This document shows, in pieces, positions 50,607-64,000 of a stretch of DNA of 64,000 nt. Positions within the stretch are counted from its first letter, which is position 1; each line of letters begins with the position of its first letter. The position numbers and the translations under genes were made by a program. Source of the stretch: Mobula hypostoma (lineage: Eukaryota). The notes under the pieces are model-generated. The model made no database searches. It had not been told where the DNA came from and saw nothing but the letters and a program-made list of their open reading frames with translations. The stretch lies in NCBI RefSeq assembly GCF_963921235.1, contig NC_086109.1, positions 22,942,001-23,006,000 of the forward strand. Reading direction: 5' to 3'.

Positions 50607-52308
50607 ACAAACCAATGAGGCTTGAAGTAGTCTGGAGTTACTGAGAATGGACAACACAAGAATGATTAGAATATGAAAATTGCTTCTGCGTGATGGATTG
50701 TTGATGGGAGCACATGGTAAGAAATAAGCAGAAGGTGCACCTTGTTTGCATGACACCTCCCCAGATGTGCGGCTCAGAGCTTTGAAGTTCCATTGGCAGA
50801 TCTCTAAGGGCAGCTGATTGTTTTTGCTGTTGCAGCAGCTTATCTGGGTCCTCAGCAGAGGCCCAAATGAACGCGAGGTAACCAGCTCTCATACTGATCT
50901 GCTAGATCTCCAGCAATGTCAAGGCAACCTCTCTGCTCAAACATGGTGAAGAAATGTTGGAGGATTGTGACGAGTGGTGTCCCACAAGGATCAGTTCTGG
51001 GACCTCTACTTTTCGTGATTTTTATTAACGACCTGGATGTTGGGGTAGAAGGGTGGGTTGGCAAGTTTGCAGATGACACAAAGGTTGGTGGTGTTGTGGA
51101 TAGTGTAGAGGATTGTCAAAGACTGCAGAGAGACATTGATTGGATGCAGAAGTGGGCTGAGAAGTGGCAGATGGAGTTCAACCCAGAGAAGTGTGAGGTG
51201 GTACACTTTGGAAAGAAAAACTCCAAGGTAGAGTACAAAGTAAATGGCAGGATACTTGGTAGTGTGGAGGAGCAGAGGGACCTGAGGGTACATGTCCACA
51301 GATCCCTGAAAGTTGCCTCACAGGTAGATAGGATAGTTAAGAAAGCTTATGGGGTGTTAGCTTTCGTAAGTCGAGGGATAGAGTTTAAGAATTGCGATGT
51401 AATGATGCAGCTCTATAAAACTCTGGTTAGGCCACACTTGGAGTACTGTGTCCATTTCTGGTCACCTCACTATAGGAAGGATGTGGAAGCATTGGAAAGG
51501 GTACAGAGGAGATTTACCAGGATGCTGCCTGGTTTAGAGAGTATGGATTATGATCAGAGATTAAGGGAGCTAGGGCTTTACTCTTTGGAGAGAAAGAGGA
51601 TGAAAGGAGACATGATAGAGGTGTACAAGATAATAAAAGGAATAGATAGAGTGTATAGCCAGTGCCTCTTCCCCAGGGCACCACTGCTCAATACAAGAGG
51701 ACATGGCTTTAAGGTAAGGGGTGGGAAGTTCAAGGGGGATATTAGAGGAAGATTTTTTACTCAGAGAGTGGTTGGTGTGTGGAATGCACTGCCTGAGTCA
51801 GTGGTGGAGGCAGATGCATTCATGAAGTTTAAGAGACTACTAGACAGGTATATGGAGGAATTTAAGGTGGGGGGGGGTTATATGGGAGGCAGGGTTTGAG
51901 GGTCGGCACAACTTTGTGGGCCGAAGGGCCTGTAATGTGCTGTACTATTCTATGTTCTATAAAACTTTTCACAGGGACAGACCTAAAAACCTGAGATATG
52001 TTCCAATCAATTTTTATTGAATTCCTCCTTGCTTTGCTGTGGTATTTTTTTTTTTAGCAGTTTGATGGTGAAAATACAAGCTTCCTGGTCTCCTTTAAAC
52101 TTGAGGAAAGAGATAAGGGAATACAAACCAGTGAGGCTTGAGGTAGTCTGGAGTTACTGAAAATGGACAACACAAGAATGATTAGAATATGGAAATTGCT
52201 TCTGCATGATGGATTGTTGATGGAAGCACTTGGTAAGGAATAAGCAGAATAGAGTGCACTTTGTTTGGGTGACATCTCCCCAGCTGTGCGGCTCAGAGCT
52301 TTGAAATT
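50607..52308. repeat. Diverged ~180-bp direct repeat (50607-50789 and 52123-52308)
   Basis: acaaacca(a/g)tgaggcttga(a/g)gtagtctggagttactga...gtgcggctcagagctttgaa occurs twice, roughly 85-90% identical by eye. Confidence 0.9.
50957..51960 (+). mobile_element. Young 5'-truncated CR1 with an open RT C-terminal frame
   Basis: Uninterrupted ORF from [33 protein letters not shown] to ..FFTQRVVGVWNALP..; tail TATTCTATGTTCTAT. Confidence 0.95.
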
Positions 52309-53189
52309 GTGGAAATTGAGGCATGTGACAAGAACATATCTTGGGGCCTGCATGAAAAAAATTCCTTCACTGTACTTGTGTTGAGATATTAGTCGAAAAT
52401 TTTCAATGTTTGAATTCCTGGTCTTTATTCTGCAGCTCTGATGTACCAGTTCAGCATGAGAACTGGGTTACCCTGTGCCTATTCTGGATTCAGCTGAAGA
52501 CCAGGATGTTTATATTGCTGAAATTGAGTGACTAGCATATTGACATTGATAAAATAGATCTTGCAGTCCAGTGCTCTGAGATAGAAGGCAAAGATGGGGG
52601 GGGGGGGGGGTTAAATCTGTCCGAATCAACCGTAAATTCAAGTTCCCCATGGTCTCGAACAGCAAAGGAACTCAATGGAGTAAGATCGCCGCACAGTGGC
52701 ACCTGGTTGTATGACAAGATCTGGTAGCTTTTGTTCCCTATCTATTGATCAACGCAAGAAAACACCCAATCCATCTTCTTGGCTCTTTAAATGCACCTCT
52801 TCCCCTCTTCTGTCTTATCTCACAGATAAGAGACAGTGCACCTGCCACTCTCACCTGGAAGTCGTAATGGGATAAAAACCTGTCTTTTTTTTTGTCTTAG
52901 CTTACAGCTGAAAGCAGCTAGATAAAAAGCAGTGGGGTTTGCCTTGAGGACTGTGGTTTATTCTGAGTCAGAGGATTTGACTCAGAGTGTTCACTCTAGA
53001 GATTTGAACACTGAGGGAGTGCTGAATTGCTGGAGTGTTTGAGATGCCAATCTTTGGATGAGATACAAAACCCACTTCCTCTCTCGGTTGTTTATTTTAT
53101 GATTAGCGGTACAATGCAGAGTAGCAATACCCTACCCTCCTACCCTGGAGATCCTGCTTCTTGCTTTCTGCCTAGCTCTCCAGCAAACC

Positions 53190-53400
53190 CCCAGCAACCC
53201 CCAACAAACCCAATTAACCCTGGACAATTTACAATGACCTATTAACCTACCCAGTACGTCTTCGGACTGTGGGAGGAAACCAGAGTGCTTGAGGAAAACC
53301 CATGCATTCTATGAGGAGACTTCCTCACAGACGGTGCCAGTACTGAACTTTGAACCCCCGCAACCTCTGAGTGTCGCATTAACCACTCCGCTATCGTGGC
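53190..53400 (-). mobile_element. tRNA-derived SINE (HE1-like)
   Basis: ggacaatttacaatgacctattaacctacccagtacgtcttcggactgtgggaggaaacc, the reverse complement of the core. Confidence 0.75.
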
Positions 53401-54129
53401 AGCTGATGGTCGTGTGGGTAAAATTCACAGCTCCACTCACGGAAGATCAGGACATTACTGCCCTGTATCTCAGCCATTATTTCTCCCTCACCCAACATCA
53501 CTGAATATATACAACCTGATAATTGCTTCACACGACTTGGGCGTATGTGAATTGGCAGCTATGTTTCCGACATTACACGTACCCAATTTGTTCTTTGCAA
53601 TAGGACAGGGCATTTTTGGCCCCTCTTCTTGGTAGCAGGCTGAGACTTATCCACCACTCTCGTAGATGAGCACAGGAAAGTCTACAGATCTCCACAGCAT
53701 GAACCAGTGGGAGGGTGGCAGGGGTCCAGCAATCTCAGCTCTCTGGGCTCAGAGGAGAGAAAAACTCAACCAGTATTTCTGTTTTTATTCATGTTCACGG
53801 TTCTCAGTCGGACTCCTCCTCTACCGAATCCTTTCGTGGATTCATATTTTGTCCTTGATCTGCCAGCATCCAAAATCATCCTCTTCAAATTCTGCTTTCT
53901 GGAGTATCACTGGGATTAATCAATGAGTCATTAGCATCCAATCTTTAAGCAGCTTCAGTTTCTAGCTCTGGATTTCTATTCCTGGTCCTCTCTGTCTCTC
54001 TCACTTTCCCTTAAATCATACTGTTGCCCAGGAGTCTGGCTGCCTAACATCATCAATTTTTCTTCATTGCAACAATGGAATGAGTTCCTTGGAATATTAT
54101 ATTGCTAAAACTGCTCTGTAAGTGCAAAC

Positions 54130-55040
54130 CAGAGACACAAGGGACTCTGCAGATGCTGTAGATCTGGAGCAACACACACAAAATGCTGGAGGAACTCAGC
54201 AGGTCAGGCAGCATCTATGGAGGGAAATGAATAGCTGACGTTTCAAGCCAGGAATAATCATCAGGACTGGAAATGATTCAAGATTCAAAATTCCAGTACA
54301 CTTATTATCAAAGAATGGACACATTATACAATCTTGAGATTTGTTTGCTTACAGGTAGCCACAAAGCAAGAAATCCCAAAGAACCCAATTAAAGAAAAAA
54401 AAATAAAAGACCAACACTCAACGTGCAAGAGAAAGAGAAAAAAAATCAAGTTATGCAAGTAATTGAAGTGAACAACAGCATTCTAAAGCAAAATTCAGTC
54501 CTCAGATCTGAATCCCACAGCAGCACAGAGTAGGCCCAAAGCCTTTCTCATCAGTTCAACATATTAGCAGGCACGGAGCACAGCAGCTGAGGCAGTCTTG
54601 AATGCAGAAGAATGGAATTCAGAATATAATGGTAAGGGGGAAGGGAAGAAACATGAGCTGCAGGTGAATCCAGGTGAGAGCCAAAGGCAGGAATGTAGGA
54701 GAGGAGGGAGAAGGGAACTTAAGTGAGAAGATGGGAGTCTTGCCGAAGGTTTTCAGCTCAAAACGTCGACTGTACTCTTTTCCATAGATGCTGCCTGGCC
54801 TGCTGAGTTCCTCCAGCATTTTGTGTGTGTTGTAGAAGATGAGAAGTGGTAGGCGGAGGAGGTAAAGGGCTGAAGAAGAAATCTGACAGGGGAAAACAGT
54901 GGACCATGGAATAAATGGAAGGAGATGGGAATCCAGAGGGAGAAATGTGAAGGCCCCCACCCACCTGCCTTACCCCTCTCAATCTGCTTTCACCTATCAT
55001 TTGCCAACTCGTGTTCCCCCCCACCCCCACTTGTTGATAC
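54130..55040 (-). mobile_element. Penelope-like 3' fragment, interrupted by other insertions
   Basis: Reverse pLTR (acacacaaaatgctggaggaactcagcagg...tcatcaggactgg) and purine-rich tract. Confidence 0.7.
54737..54833 (+). mobile_element. ~96-bp Penelope pLTR mini-insertion (mutated hammerhead core)
   Basis: Approximate 13-14 bp TSD AGAAGATGGGAGT / AGAAGATGAGAAGT; starts at the agtc of stem I; AAAACGTCGACTG retained. Confidence 0.7.
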
Positions 55041-55334
55041 TTGAAGATCCCAGCTAATTGCAGCATTTCATTTTGAGATAAGGGACATCATCTGTCCTTT
55101 AGGCTTGGAAAGCAGTACTGTCTTGTATTGTGCTCCATATTTTGTGATGGATCCATCCCATGTTTTTGGAAAAGCAGTTATTCTTCCAGAAATTGCTTCT
55201 TCACGTTTACACATTGGCAGTGTGCTGACACGTCATAGTATTCTTGGTCCTATACAAGCACGTATCCAGTGTATTTTTAAAAAAAAGACATTCAGACAGA
55301 CTGCATGCTACAATGTCAGGAACCTCAAGACCAT

Positions 55335-58300
55335 AAAGCTCATAAGATGAGCAGAATTAACCATATGGCCTATCGAGCCTGCTCCGCCATTTTATCATGG
55401 CTGATCCATTTTCCCTCTCAGCCTCAATCTTCTGTCTTCTCCCTGTATCCCTTCATGCCCTGACCAATCATGAGTCCATCAACCTCTGTCTTAAATATAA
55501 ATAAATACTTGGCCTCCAAAGGCACCGATAGCAACAAATTCCACAGATTCACCACTCTCTGGCTAAAGAAAGTCCTCGACTCTGTTATAAAAGAATGCCG
55601 CTCTATTCTGAGGCTATTTCCACTGGTCTTAGACTCCCCCACCATTGAAAACATCCCCTCTACATCCACTATTGAGGTCATTAGACACTTAACAGGTTTC
55701 AATGAGGTCACCCCTCATTCTTCTGAATTCCAGTGAGTACAGGTCCAGAGCCATCAAATACTTCACAGGACTAGCCTTTCAATCCCGGAATTATTTTTAT
55801 AAATGTCCTTTGAATCCTCTCCAATGTCAGCACATCCTTTCTAAGATAAGAGGCCCAAAACTCTCACAATACTCCAAGTGAGGTGTCACCAGTGCTTTAC
55901 ATTACATTCTTGCTCTTGAAATGAATGCTAACATTGCATTTGCCTTACTCACCACTGACTCAACCTGCAAATTAACCTTTAGGGAATTCTGCACAAGGAT
56001 TCACAAGTCCCTTTGCACCTCAGAGTTTTTAATTTTCTCTCCATTTAGAAAATAGTCTACTCTTTTATTTCCTTTACCAAAGTGCATGACCATACACTTC
56101 CCAACACTGTTCCATCTGCCACTTCTTTGCCCACTTTCCTAATCTGCTTAAATTCTCTGTAGCCTCTCTACTTCTTCAAAACCACCGACCCTCCACCTAT
56201 CTTTGTGTTGTCTGCAAACTTGGCCACAAAGCCTTCAATGTCACCATCCAAGTCATTAACATGCAGCATAAAAAGAAGTGGCTCCAACACAAACACCACT
56301 AGTCATCAGCAGCCAACCAGGAAAGCCTCCCTTTGTTCTCACTCTTTCCCTCCTGTCAACCAGCCACTGCTTTATCAATGTTATTATCTTTCCTGTAATA
56401 CTATGGGCTCTTAACTTGTTAAGCAGCCTCATGTGTGGCACATTGTTAAAGGTCTTCTGAAAATCCAAGTACACTATGTCCACCAATTCTCCTCTATCTA
56501 TCCTGCTCGTTATTTCTTCAAAGATTTCAAACAGATTTGTCAGGCAAGATTTTCCCTTGAGGAAACCATGCTGACTACAGCCTATTTTATCATGTGCCTC
56601 CAAATACCCTGAAACCTCATCCTGAATAATTGACTCCAACATCTCCCAACCACTGAGGTCAGATTAACTGGTCCACAGTTTCCTTTCATCTGCCTTTCTC
56701 CCTTCTTGAAGAGTGGAGTAACATTTTTCTTTGGAACCATGCCAGAATCAATTGATTCTGAAATTGAAAGATCAGCACTAATGCCTCCACAGTCTCTTCA
56801 GCCACCTCTTTCAGAACGCTAGTATGTACACCATCGCATTAGACTTGCCTACCTTCAGAGATTTCAGTTTCCCAAGAACCATCTTCCAAGTAATGGCAAC
56901 TTCACACTCAACACTCCTGAACTACTAGCATTCTGCTAGTCTCTTCTACAGTGAAGACTGATGAAAAATACTTTTTCAGTTCGTCCACCATTTCCTTGTC
57001 CCCCATAATTACCGCTCCAGTGGTCAGATATCCACTCTCACCTCTCTTATACACTTTATCTGAAGAAACTTCGGGTATCCTCTAATAGCTTACCTTCATA
57101 TTCAATATTTTCTTTATGATTTTAGTTGCTTTCTATTGGTTTTTAGCATCCTCCCAACCCTCTAACTTCCCACTAATTTTTGCTCCATTATATGTCCCCT
57201 CTTTGCCTTATATTCCCATTGGGTAGCTCCAAGCTGATGGCATGAACATCAATTCCTCAAAATTCCAGTAATGCCTCCCCACCCCCTTCACCATTTCCTA
57301 TCCCTTTGACCCTCTCTCATGTTATCCACTTGCCCACCCACCCATCACCTCCCTCTGGTGCTGCTCCCCCCTCTTTTTCTTTGTTCCATGGCCTTCTGTC
57401 TTTCACCAATCAACTTCCTAGCTCTTTGCTTCATCCCACCCCCTCCAAGTTTCACCTATTACCTTGCATTTCTCTCTGTCCTCCCCCCCCCCGACCTTTC
57501 AAATCTACCCCTCAGCTTTTTTCTCCAGTGTTGCTGAAGGGTTTCAGCCTGAAATGTCAACTGTACTTTTTCCCCGATAGATGTTGCCTGGCCTGCTGAA
57601 CTCCTCCAGCATTTTGTGTGTATTGTTTGGCTTCTATGTTGGCTTTGACTTTTTGTTAGCCATGGTTGTGTCATCTTTTCTTTAGAATACTGTACTTCTT
57701 CCTCTGGGATGTATATATCTTGTGCCTTCTGAATTGCTTCCAGAAATTCCCACCATTGCTTCTGCTGTTATCCCTGCCAGTGTTCTTTTCCAATTAATTT
57801 TGGCCAGCTCCTCTCTCATGCTCTGCAATTCCCTTTACTCCACTATAATACTGATACATCTGACTTTAGCTCCTCCTTCTCCAATTGCAGGGTGAGTTAG
57901 AGTCCTATGAATTCTATCATATTATGAGTACTCCTCCTTAAGGGTACTGTTACCTTGAACTCCCTAATCAATTCCAGTTCATAGGACAACACCCAATTGA
58001 GAATAGCTGATCCCCTAGTGTGCTCAACCATGAGCTATTCTAAAAAGTCATCTCATAGGTATTCTAGAAAATTTCCCCTCTAGGATCTAGCACCAACCTG
58101 ATTTTCCCCAATCTACCTGTATTTTGAAATCCCCCATGACTATTGTAACATTGCCCCTTTGGCATGCATTTTCTATCTCGAGTTGTAATTTTTGGATCCT
58201 TACTTCTGTTTGGTGGTCTGTATATAGCTCCCATCAGGGTCTTTTTACCCCTACAGTCCTTGGTCCTACCCACAGCAATTCAACTCCTTCCGACTCCATG

Positions 58301-59780
58301 TCACCCCTTTCTAATGATTTGATTTCATTTCTTAACCAGAGCCACACTGCCTCTATGCCTACCTGCCTGTTCTTTTGATAAATGCAAATCCTTGGATGTT
58401 AAGCTCCCAAGCTATAATCTTCTTTCAGTCACAATTCAGTGATACCTACAATGTTACACATGCCAGTCTGCAATTGTGCTACAAGTTCATCTACCTTATT
58501 CCATATAGTGCGCACATTCAAATATAACACCTCCAGTACTGTATTCACCTTTTCAAATTTGTCCACCTTTTACATTGCCACTCATCCTGTTGACTGCAGT
58601 TTTGCCCTATCATCAGCTCCTCCTTGCTCGCAGCCTCACTATGTACTGGCTTTGTTTGTAAACCAACAACCTCATCCTCAGCACCATCACCCCAGCTCCC
58701 ATCCCCTGCCAACTCAGTTTAAATCCTCCCACATAACTCTAGCAAACTTCCCTGCAAGGATATTTGTTCCCCTCAGGTTCAGGTGTAAGTTATCCCTTTG
58801 TACAGTTCGTACCTTCCCCAGAAGATCCCAGTGATCAATGAATCTGAACCCTTGCCCCCTGCACCAGTTCCTCAGCCACGCATTCACCTGCCAAATCACC
58901 CTACTCTTACCCTCATTGGCATAGAGCATGACAGCAATCAAGAGACTACTACCCTGGATGTCCTGTTTTTCAGCTTTCTACCAAGCTCCTTAAAATCTCT
59001 TCAGGACCTCCTTACCTTGCCTACCCATGTCATTGGTGCCAATACGTACCGAGACTTCTGGCTGCTCCCCCCTCCCCCTTTAGAATGCCATGGATTCATC
59101 CGAGATCTCCCCGACCCTGGCACCTGGATGGCAACATATCATCCGGAAGTCTCTAGCGCACCCACAGAATCTTGTGTCTGTTCCACTGACTATGAAATCT
59201 GTCATCACTGCAGTCCTCTTCACCCCTCTTCCCTTCCAATTCACAGCACCAGACAATGCCAGAGACCTGGTCACTGTGGCTCTGCCCAGTAGGTCATCCC
59301 CATAAACAGTATCTAAAGTGGTATACTTATTATTGAGGGAAACTGCCACAGGGGCATTCTGCACTAGCACAGTCACCCAACTATCCGTCTCCCGCAACCT
59401 AGGGGTGACTACCTCCCTGTAGCTCCCATCACCTCATTTTCCCGTATGAGCTGAAGGTCATCGAGCTACAGCTCCAGTTCCTCAACACATTCTCTGAGCA
59501 GCTGGGTCTCCCAGTATTCCCAGACTTCTCTCAGAGTACAAAATACTATCCCTTGGAGCCATTCTCACTGCACAACTATGGCCTAACAGATGAGGAATGA
59601 AGAATTAAGAACAAAAGAGAAACCTGCCAGGTACTTTACCTTACACAGGCCTGATCTTGTCCAACCCTGATGAACCAAAGCCACTTCAACACTGGCCCAC
59701 TCACAACAACGGCCGCTCCACTTGCATTGTTTTTATTTGCCCTTTCTAATGATCCTGCTCAGTGATTGGCTGAACCTCTG
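55335..59780 (-). mobile_element. Near full-length degenerate CR1 (ORF1 esterase-like plus ORF2)
   Basis: ORF1: RFCGCARDFRMICCHPGARV; QVNAWLRNWCRGQGFRFIDHWD..RDNLHLNLRGTNIL (SGNH-like). ORF2: GAIYRPPN, SQHGFLKGKSCLTNL..VYLDFQKTF. CR1 3' UTR. Confidence 0.9.
57212..57635 (+). mobile_element. Penelope-like 3' fragment inserted into CR1
   Basis: gggtagctccaagctgatggcatgaacatcaatt..., pyrimidine tract, and pLTR with degenerate hammerhead (gctgaagggtttcagcctgaaatgtcaactg). Confidence 0.8.
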
Positions 59781-60318
59781 CCCTCTGCTCCCCTCACCGA
59801 TAAACTACATCACAGCTCGGTATTGGGTGAACCAGAGTAAATGATATATCTGCTCAGTACTAGGATGTGGGGCTCAGGGCTGCACGGTATCAATGGACCA
59901 ATGCTGGACAGCTGTAGATCTCTCTCTCAGCACCTCCTCTTGGATGAGATAGAAGCTATCTTTCTCTGTGTGGATGCAAAGTTATTTATGGTAACAAATT
60001 CAACATTAGCCATTGACCTTTACAGTTTTCCCCATGTACATTCCATTCCATGTTTTGTGATAGATGTATTTTCCACACTGCAAACCACAAGCAGCTGGGA
60101 TATTGGAACTGGAGGCAGTGACTGAACCAAAACCACTGTGTAGAGACAAAACAATTTGTATTGGCACACATATTCAACATGGTAGAGGTCTTCACAGATT
60201 TAACAAAAGAAAAGACACCAGGCACATATTTTAAGATAGATGGACAACCAGATACTTCTTATAAATAGCAATATTACAAGAAATGAGAGAGGAAGAAGAA
60301 ATATACCTTTAAAACTCT

Positions 60319-60762
60319 TAAGATATAGGACTAGAATTAGGCTATTTGGCCCATCGAGTCTGCTTCACCATTTCATCATGGCTGATCCAATTTTCCTCTC
60401 GGTCCCAATCTCCTGCCTTCCCCTGCACCGCGCCCCCCCCCAACTCTGCCATAAATATACATGAAGTCTTGGCCTCCACAGCTGCCTGTGGCAACAAATT
60501 CCAGATTCACCACTAACTGGCTAAAGAAATTCCTCATCTCGGTTCTAAAAGGACGTCCCTCTATTTTGAGGTTGTGCCTTCTGGTCCTAGACACTCAACC
60601 CCTTAGGAAACATCCTCTCTACATCTACTCTATCAAGACCTTTCACCATTCAATAGGTTTCAATTAGATCACCTCTCATTCTTCTAAATTCCAGTGAATG
60701 CAGGCTCAGAGCCATCAAATACTCTTCATATGACAAGCCATTTAAACCTGGAATCATTTCCA
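60319..60762 (-). mobile_element. CR1 3' fragment
   Basis: MIPGLNGLSYEEYLMALSLHSLEFRRMRGDLIETY; TRRHNLKIEGRPFRTEMRNFFSQ. Confidence 0.9.
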
Positions 60763-63133
60763 TAATACACTTGGCTGTGTAAGAGTCTGGAATGAGTTGG
60801 GGTTGGGAACAGTCCTGGTGGAGTACAATTCCCAGGAATAGCATATACTTTGCATGTTACCTATATGGTAAGCTGTTATTTGTAGTAAAGGAAAACTGGT
60901 GTAATTATTCCATGAAAAGGTTATAGAAAACAGGAATTCTCCAATCTCAAAAGAATGCCAGTGCTTTTAAGGAGCTCAATATATCACGCAGGTCAAACAA
61001 CCTTCCACTTTTCAGTTGGGCACAATGCAAAGACTGCTAGAAACATCAAGTTTCGGGTTGTAACCTCTGCTCCAGTCTTCCAAAACATATCTAGTGATAA
61101 TGATTCTACTACTCCCACTCCTCCTCCTCTTCAGCTTTCACTTGTGCCATTGTATCTAATTGTACCACCATCAATTTCCCATTTCACCACACGGCCATTT
61201 TGTTTTCTGTACTTCTCACTTTCTCTGCCCCAGCACTGCCTGAAAAACCTGCTGTGTCACTCTGTGCCACTTCTAATGCAAGTCTTGTTCTTCATTCTTC
61301 AGCTGCTGCCCGATCTATTGAGTATTCCAGAGCATTTTCCCATTTCCTCTGCTCAAATCTAATATGTTGGTTTTGTATGAATTGATTTTTTCCATTTTTT
61401 TAAGCAAAGGAGTAGGAGGCAAAAAAAATTAAAAATGTGCTTGATGCTAGATTATCCATAATCTGTTTGAGTGGTACAATGTTCAAATGCTTAATGGGTT
61501 GACTGGCCTTGTGTTTTTCCATAGTGCAATACTGACCTATTAGAGAGGACCAGGTTTGATTCTGGGGTTGAGTGATCTGAGCAGCACTTTGTGTTGGCAC
61601 ATTGCCAACTAACGTTGCTCACGCTGCTGTGTTCTCTCCTGGAATGTGGAATCAGCCTGTGTAGGCATGACAGTGGTGGCATTATTGGCCAACTGACACC
61701 AATTCCCTAAACCTGATATCAAACAGAAACTAGGGACGAGGAGTCCACAGCCCTCCTCAGCAGACACTGTGCAAGGCAACCATTTTCTTGGAGTGTTATG
61801 AAACATGACACGATGACAAGAGAATCTGGTTTACTATTAATCCAGAGCCATCCAACTGTGAGGACCGATAGAAGCGACTCCGTTTTAACCTCCAACTTCA
61901 CTGGGTTCCCTGGGTATTGTACAAAGAGTTTAACAATATAATCACCCAACCCTCCCACTATGGGTGGTGAGTAGACATTCAATTGCTGATTTCATTTAAG
62001 GCACAGGTTAATAAATCAAAAGATAGTGGTAGTCAAAAAATAGGATGTGTTGAGGAAAGAGAGCAGCCCCTGGGCGGTAGTAAATCGCGAAGCAGTTTGG
62101 CAAGAACCTCCTGTCTACACTTGTTCTTTTAGTAAAAAGGGACTTAAGATTAGACAACTGTACATACAAAGCTTAAATTAAATACAAGTTCCAATCTCAC
62201 TCCCAAATACACACATACACTGGTGTACAAGCAGTAGACTTTCTAACAATTGTTTACATGGGCTATAGCTCTTGTATTTTTCATCACTCTACTTTTTAGT
62301 TTCTATAGGCATGAAAATAAAACTGGGAGGAAGGTTCCCAACATCATTACTCAGTTTACATTATGACATTTCAACAAGCCTGAACTCGCGCCTCTCCATG
62401 CTTCAGTAAGACATGTCCAGTTTTTAAAATGGAATTCTGGTCCTTCCAATGTCATGGTGATGTCTATAAAGACATGACACGATTGCCTTTCTTCACTCCA
62501 TTGTCTCATCTTTAATGCCCAAACCTCAGACACCTCGTGGCTGCTGAACATCATTCAGTCTAGTGACAAAAATACACTTAGTTATTTTACAGCACATCAG
62601 ACATAACACTAATCCAAAATAACATTAAAACTCCAACAATCTGGTACTCTGGGGACTTGGGTGGTATTGGCCTAGCAGATTCTTTGTATGTTATTTATGT
62701 TAATTCCCAAGAATTTTAATTATCTTTATATTACATTATAACAAATTCTACAGTGAACTCGGAAAGTTTCAGAGAAGTGTCCCGGAGAGACTTAATTGTG
62801 TGTGGTCTAGTGAGTCTTTTGCAAGCATGGGCCCAGTGAATCTCGGAGGACAGGCCTGATTAATATCTAGGAGCATGGAGAAAATACCTGATGAGCCAAG
62901 TACTGAACTATTGGGATTACCAAATGGCTGAGTAGCGTTCATCAGAACTTCACTGTGTACGGGTGAGTCCTACCTAGTAACATGCTGTATATGTGATATA
63001 CAGGGCATTCTATCTAGTAACACTGTGCTATAATGGAATATGACCCGAAACATTCAACCTATTCACATGCAGTATTCTAAGTATTTACATAAAAATAGTA
63101 ATGACATCACTTGAGTTTGATGTTCTCCTAAGG

Positions 63134-64000
63134 CAGTCATTCCCAAACTTTTTTGGGTTACTGCATCCTTGGCTCCCAGACCACATCCTTAGTGCCCCCC
63201 TCTCCCCTTCTGGCCATTATACAAAAGAAAGAATTTTGATTTACAATGCACAGTGAAAGAAAATAGGAACTCGAAATTCAAAGCAGTGACAAATAATTGC
63301 AAAAATTATTCAAATCTATTTAAAACTGCAAATGAAATTTCTTTATTTACAGTTAAAAACAATTTTCATCAACAATCTTAGAGCATACATTAGTCCAACA
63401 CTTCATTGCTTTTTGACCTTTCAGTGAGAAGGGTGGGCTTGGTACGTCTCAACATCAAGCTGTATGTCACCCAGGAATCTCAGCGCCTCATGTTCAACAA
63501 TTTGCAGCCTGTTTCGTTGCTTTGAAAAAAGCTGGGCAACTACACTGAAACCATGATCCACAAAATATGTTAGAAAGGTAATAAAAGAACAAATGGATCT
63601 TTTTCCACAGTGCAGGATAACATTCAGAGATTTCTTTCTGTAACCAAAAATCTTTATATACAAATTTTTGAACCTCTGCTTCAGCTCAAAGTCAGTTGTA
63701 GTGAGACCAGTCCTTCATCCGTCCTTCCCATTAATTCCTCATTACAAGTGCTGAGGAATGGATTTATTACACAATCTGGAATTCAGATCAAGAGAAGAAC
63801 CTGAAATCTTTCTGGTACATCTTTAAGCAGCTCACCCAAGTGGGCACAGTATATTTGAAGATCATCATCTTGTGTTCTTTCTTTCTCTTCCAACTCAGAG
63901 GCTCAGAAATTGGAAAAGGTTGTGACAGCCACTGTTGCACTCAAGTGGGGCCAACTTGGACAGAAATGTGATGACGACTGAGTTGATTTTGATAAAATTC
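63134..64000 (-). mobile_element. hAT (Charlie/Buster-type) transposon 3' end with transposase pseudogene, continuing beyond the window
   Basis: Frameshifted C-terminus ..IYCAHL..ERF..IPDCVINPF..DFWLQKEISECYPALWKK..TYFVDHGFSVVAQLFSKQRNRLQIVEH..QAHPSH* (stop at 63421). TIR CAGTCATTCCCAAACTTTTTT at 63134, preceded by the TA-centred 8-mer TCCTAAGG. Confidence 0.88.

Noticed and set aside
61609..62554. Short ORFs in unique sequence as exons of a neighbouring gene
   Set aside because: No recognisable protein motif and no consistent splice-site pairs; PSMA5-like peptides not found by eye.

Overview
Vertebrate genomic DNA, very likely from a cartilaginous fish (ray/shark; inferred from HE1-type SINEs and the CR1, Rex1/Babar and Penelope repeat set). 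It contains one protein-coding gene on the minus strand, a synaptophysin-family MARVEL gene most similar to SYPL2 (mitsugumin-29). Five coding exons join in frame with canonical GT-AG boundaries (37787-37858, 20805-20923, 16294-16495, 13302-13493, 12061-12186; 236 aa plus a short, uncertain first exon near 37.94-37.98 kb). The gene has a CpG-containing promoter-like region near 38 kb and a probable ~1.9 kb 3' UTR. The rest is a dense, often nested mosaic of transposable elements (Tx1-like L1, CR1, Rex1/Babar, Nimb/I-clade, Penelope-like, hAT, Tigger-like, tRNA-derived SINEs). Highlights: (1) Penelope pLTR-derived ~96-bp mini-insertions with 13-16 bp target-site duplications that begin at a minimal type I hammerhead ribozyme motif (AGTC-CTGAYGA-stem II-GAAACGTC-GACT); (2) a near-perfect hairpin insertion built from two such units; (3) a young Tx1-like insertion with a 5' inversion (twin-priming signature); (4) multi-level nested TE stacks. 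All calls were made by eye without database searches, and TE boundaries are approximate unless a TSD or TIR is quoted.
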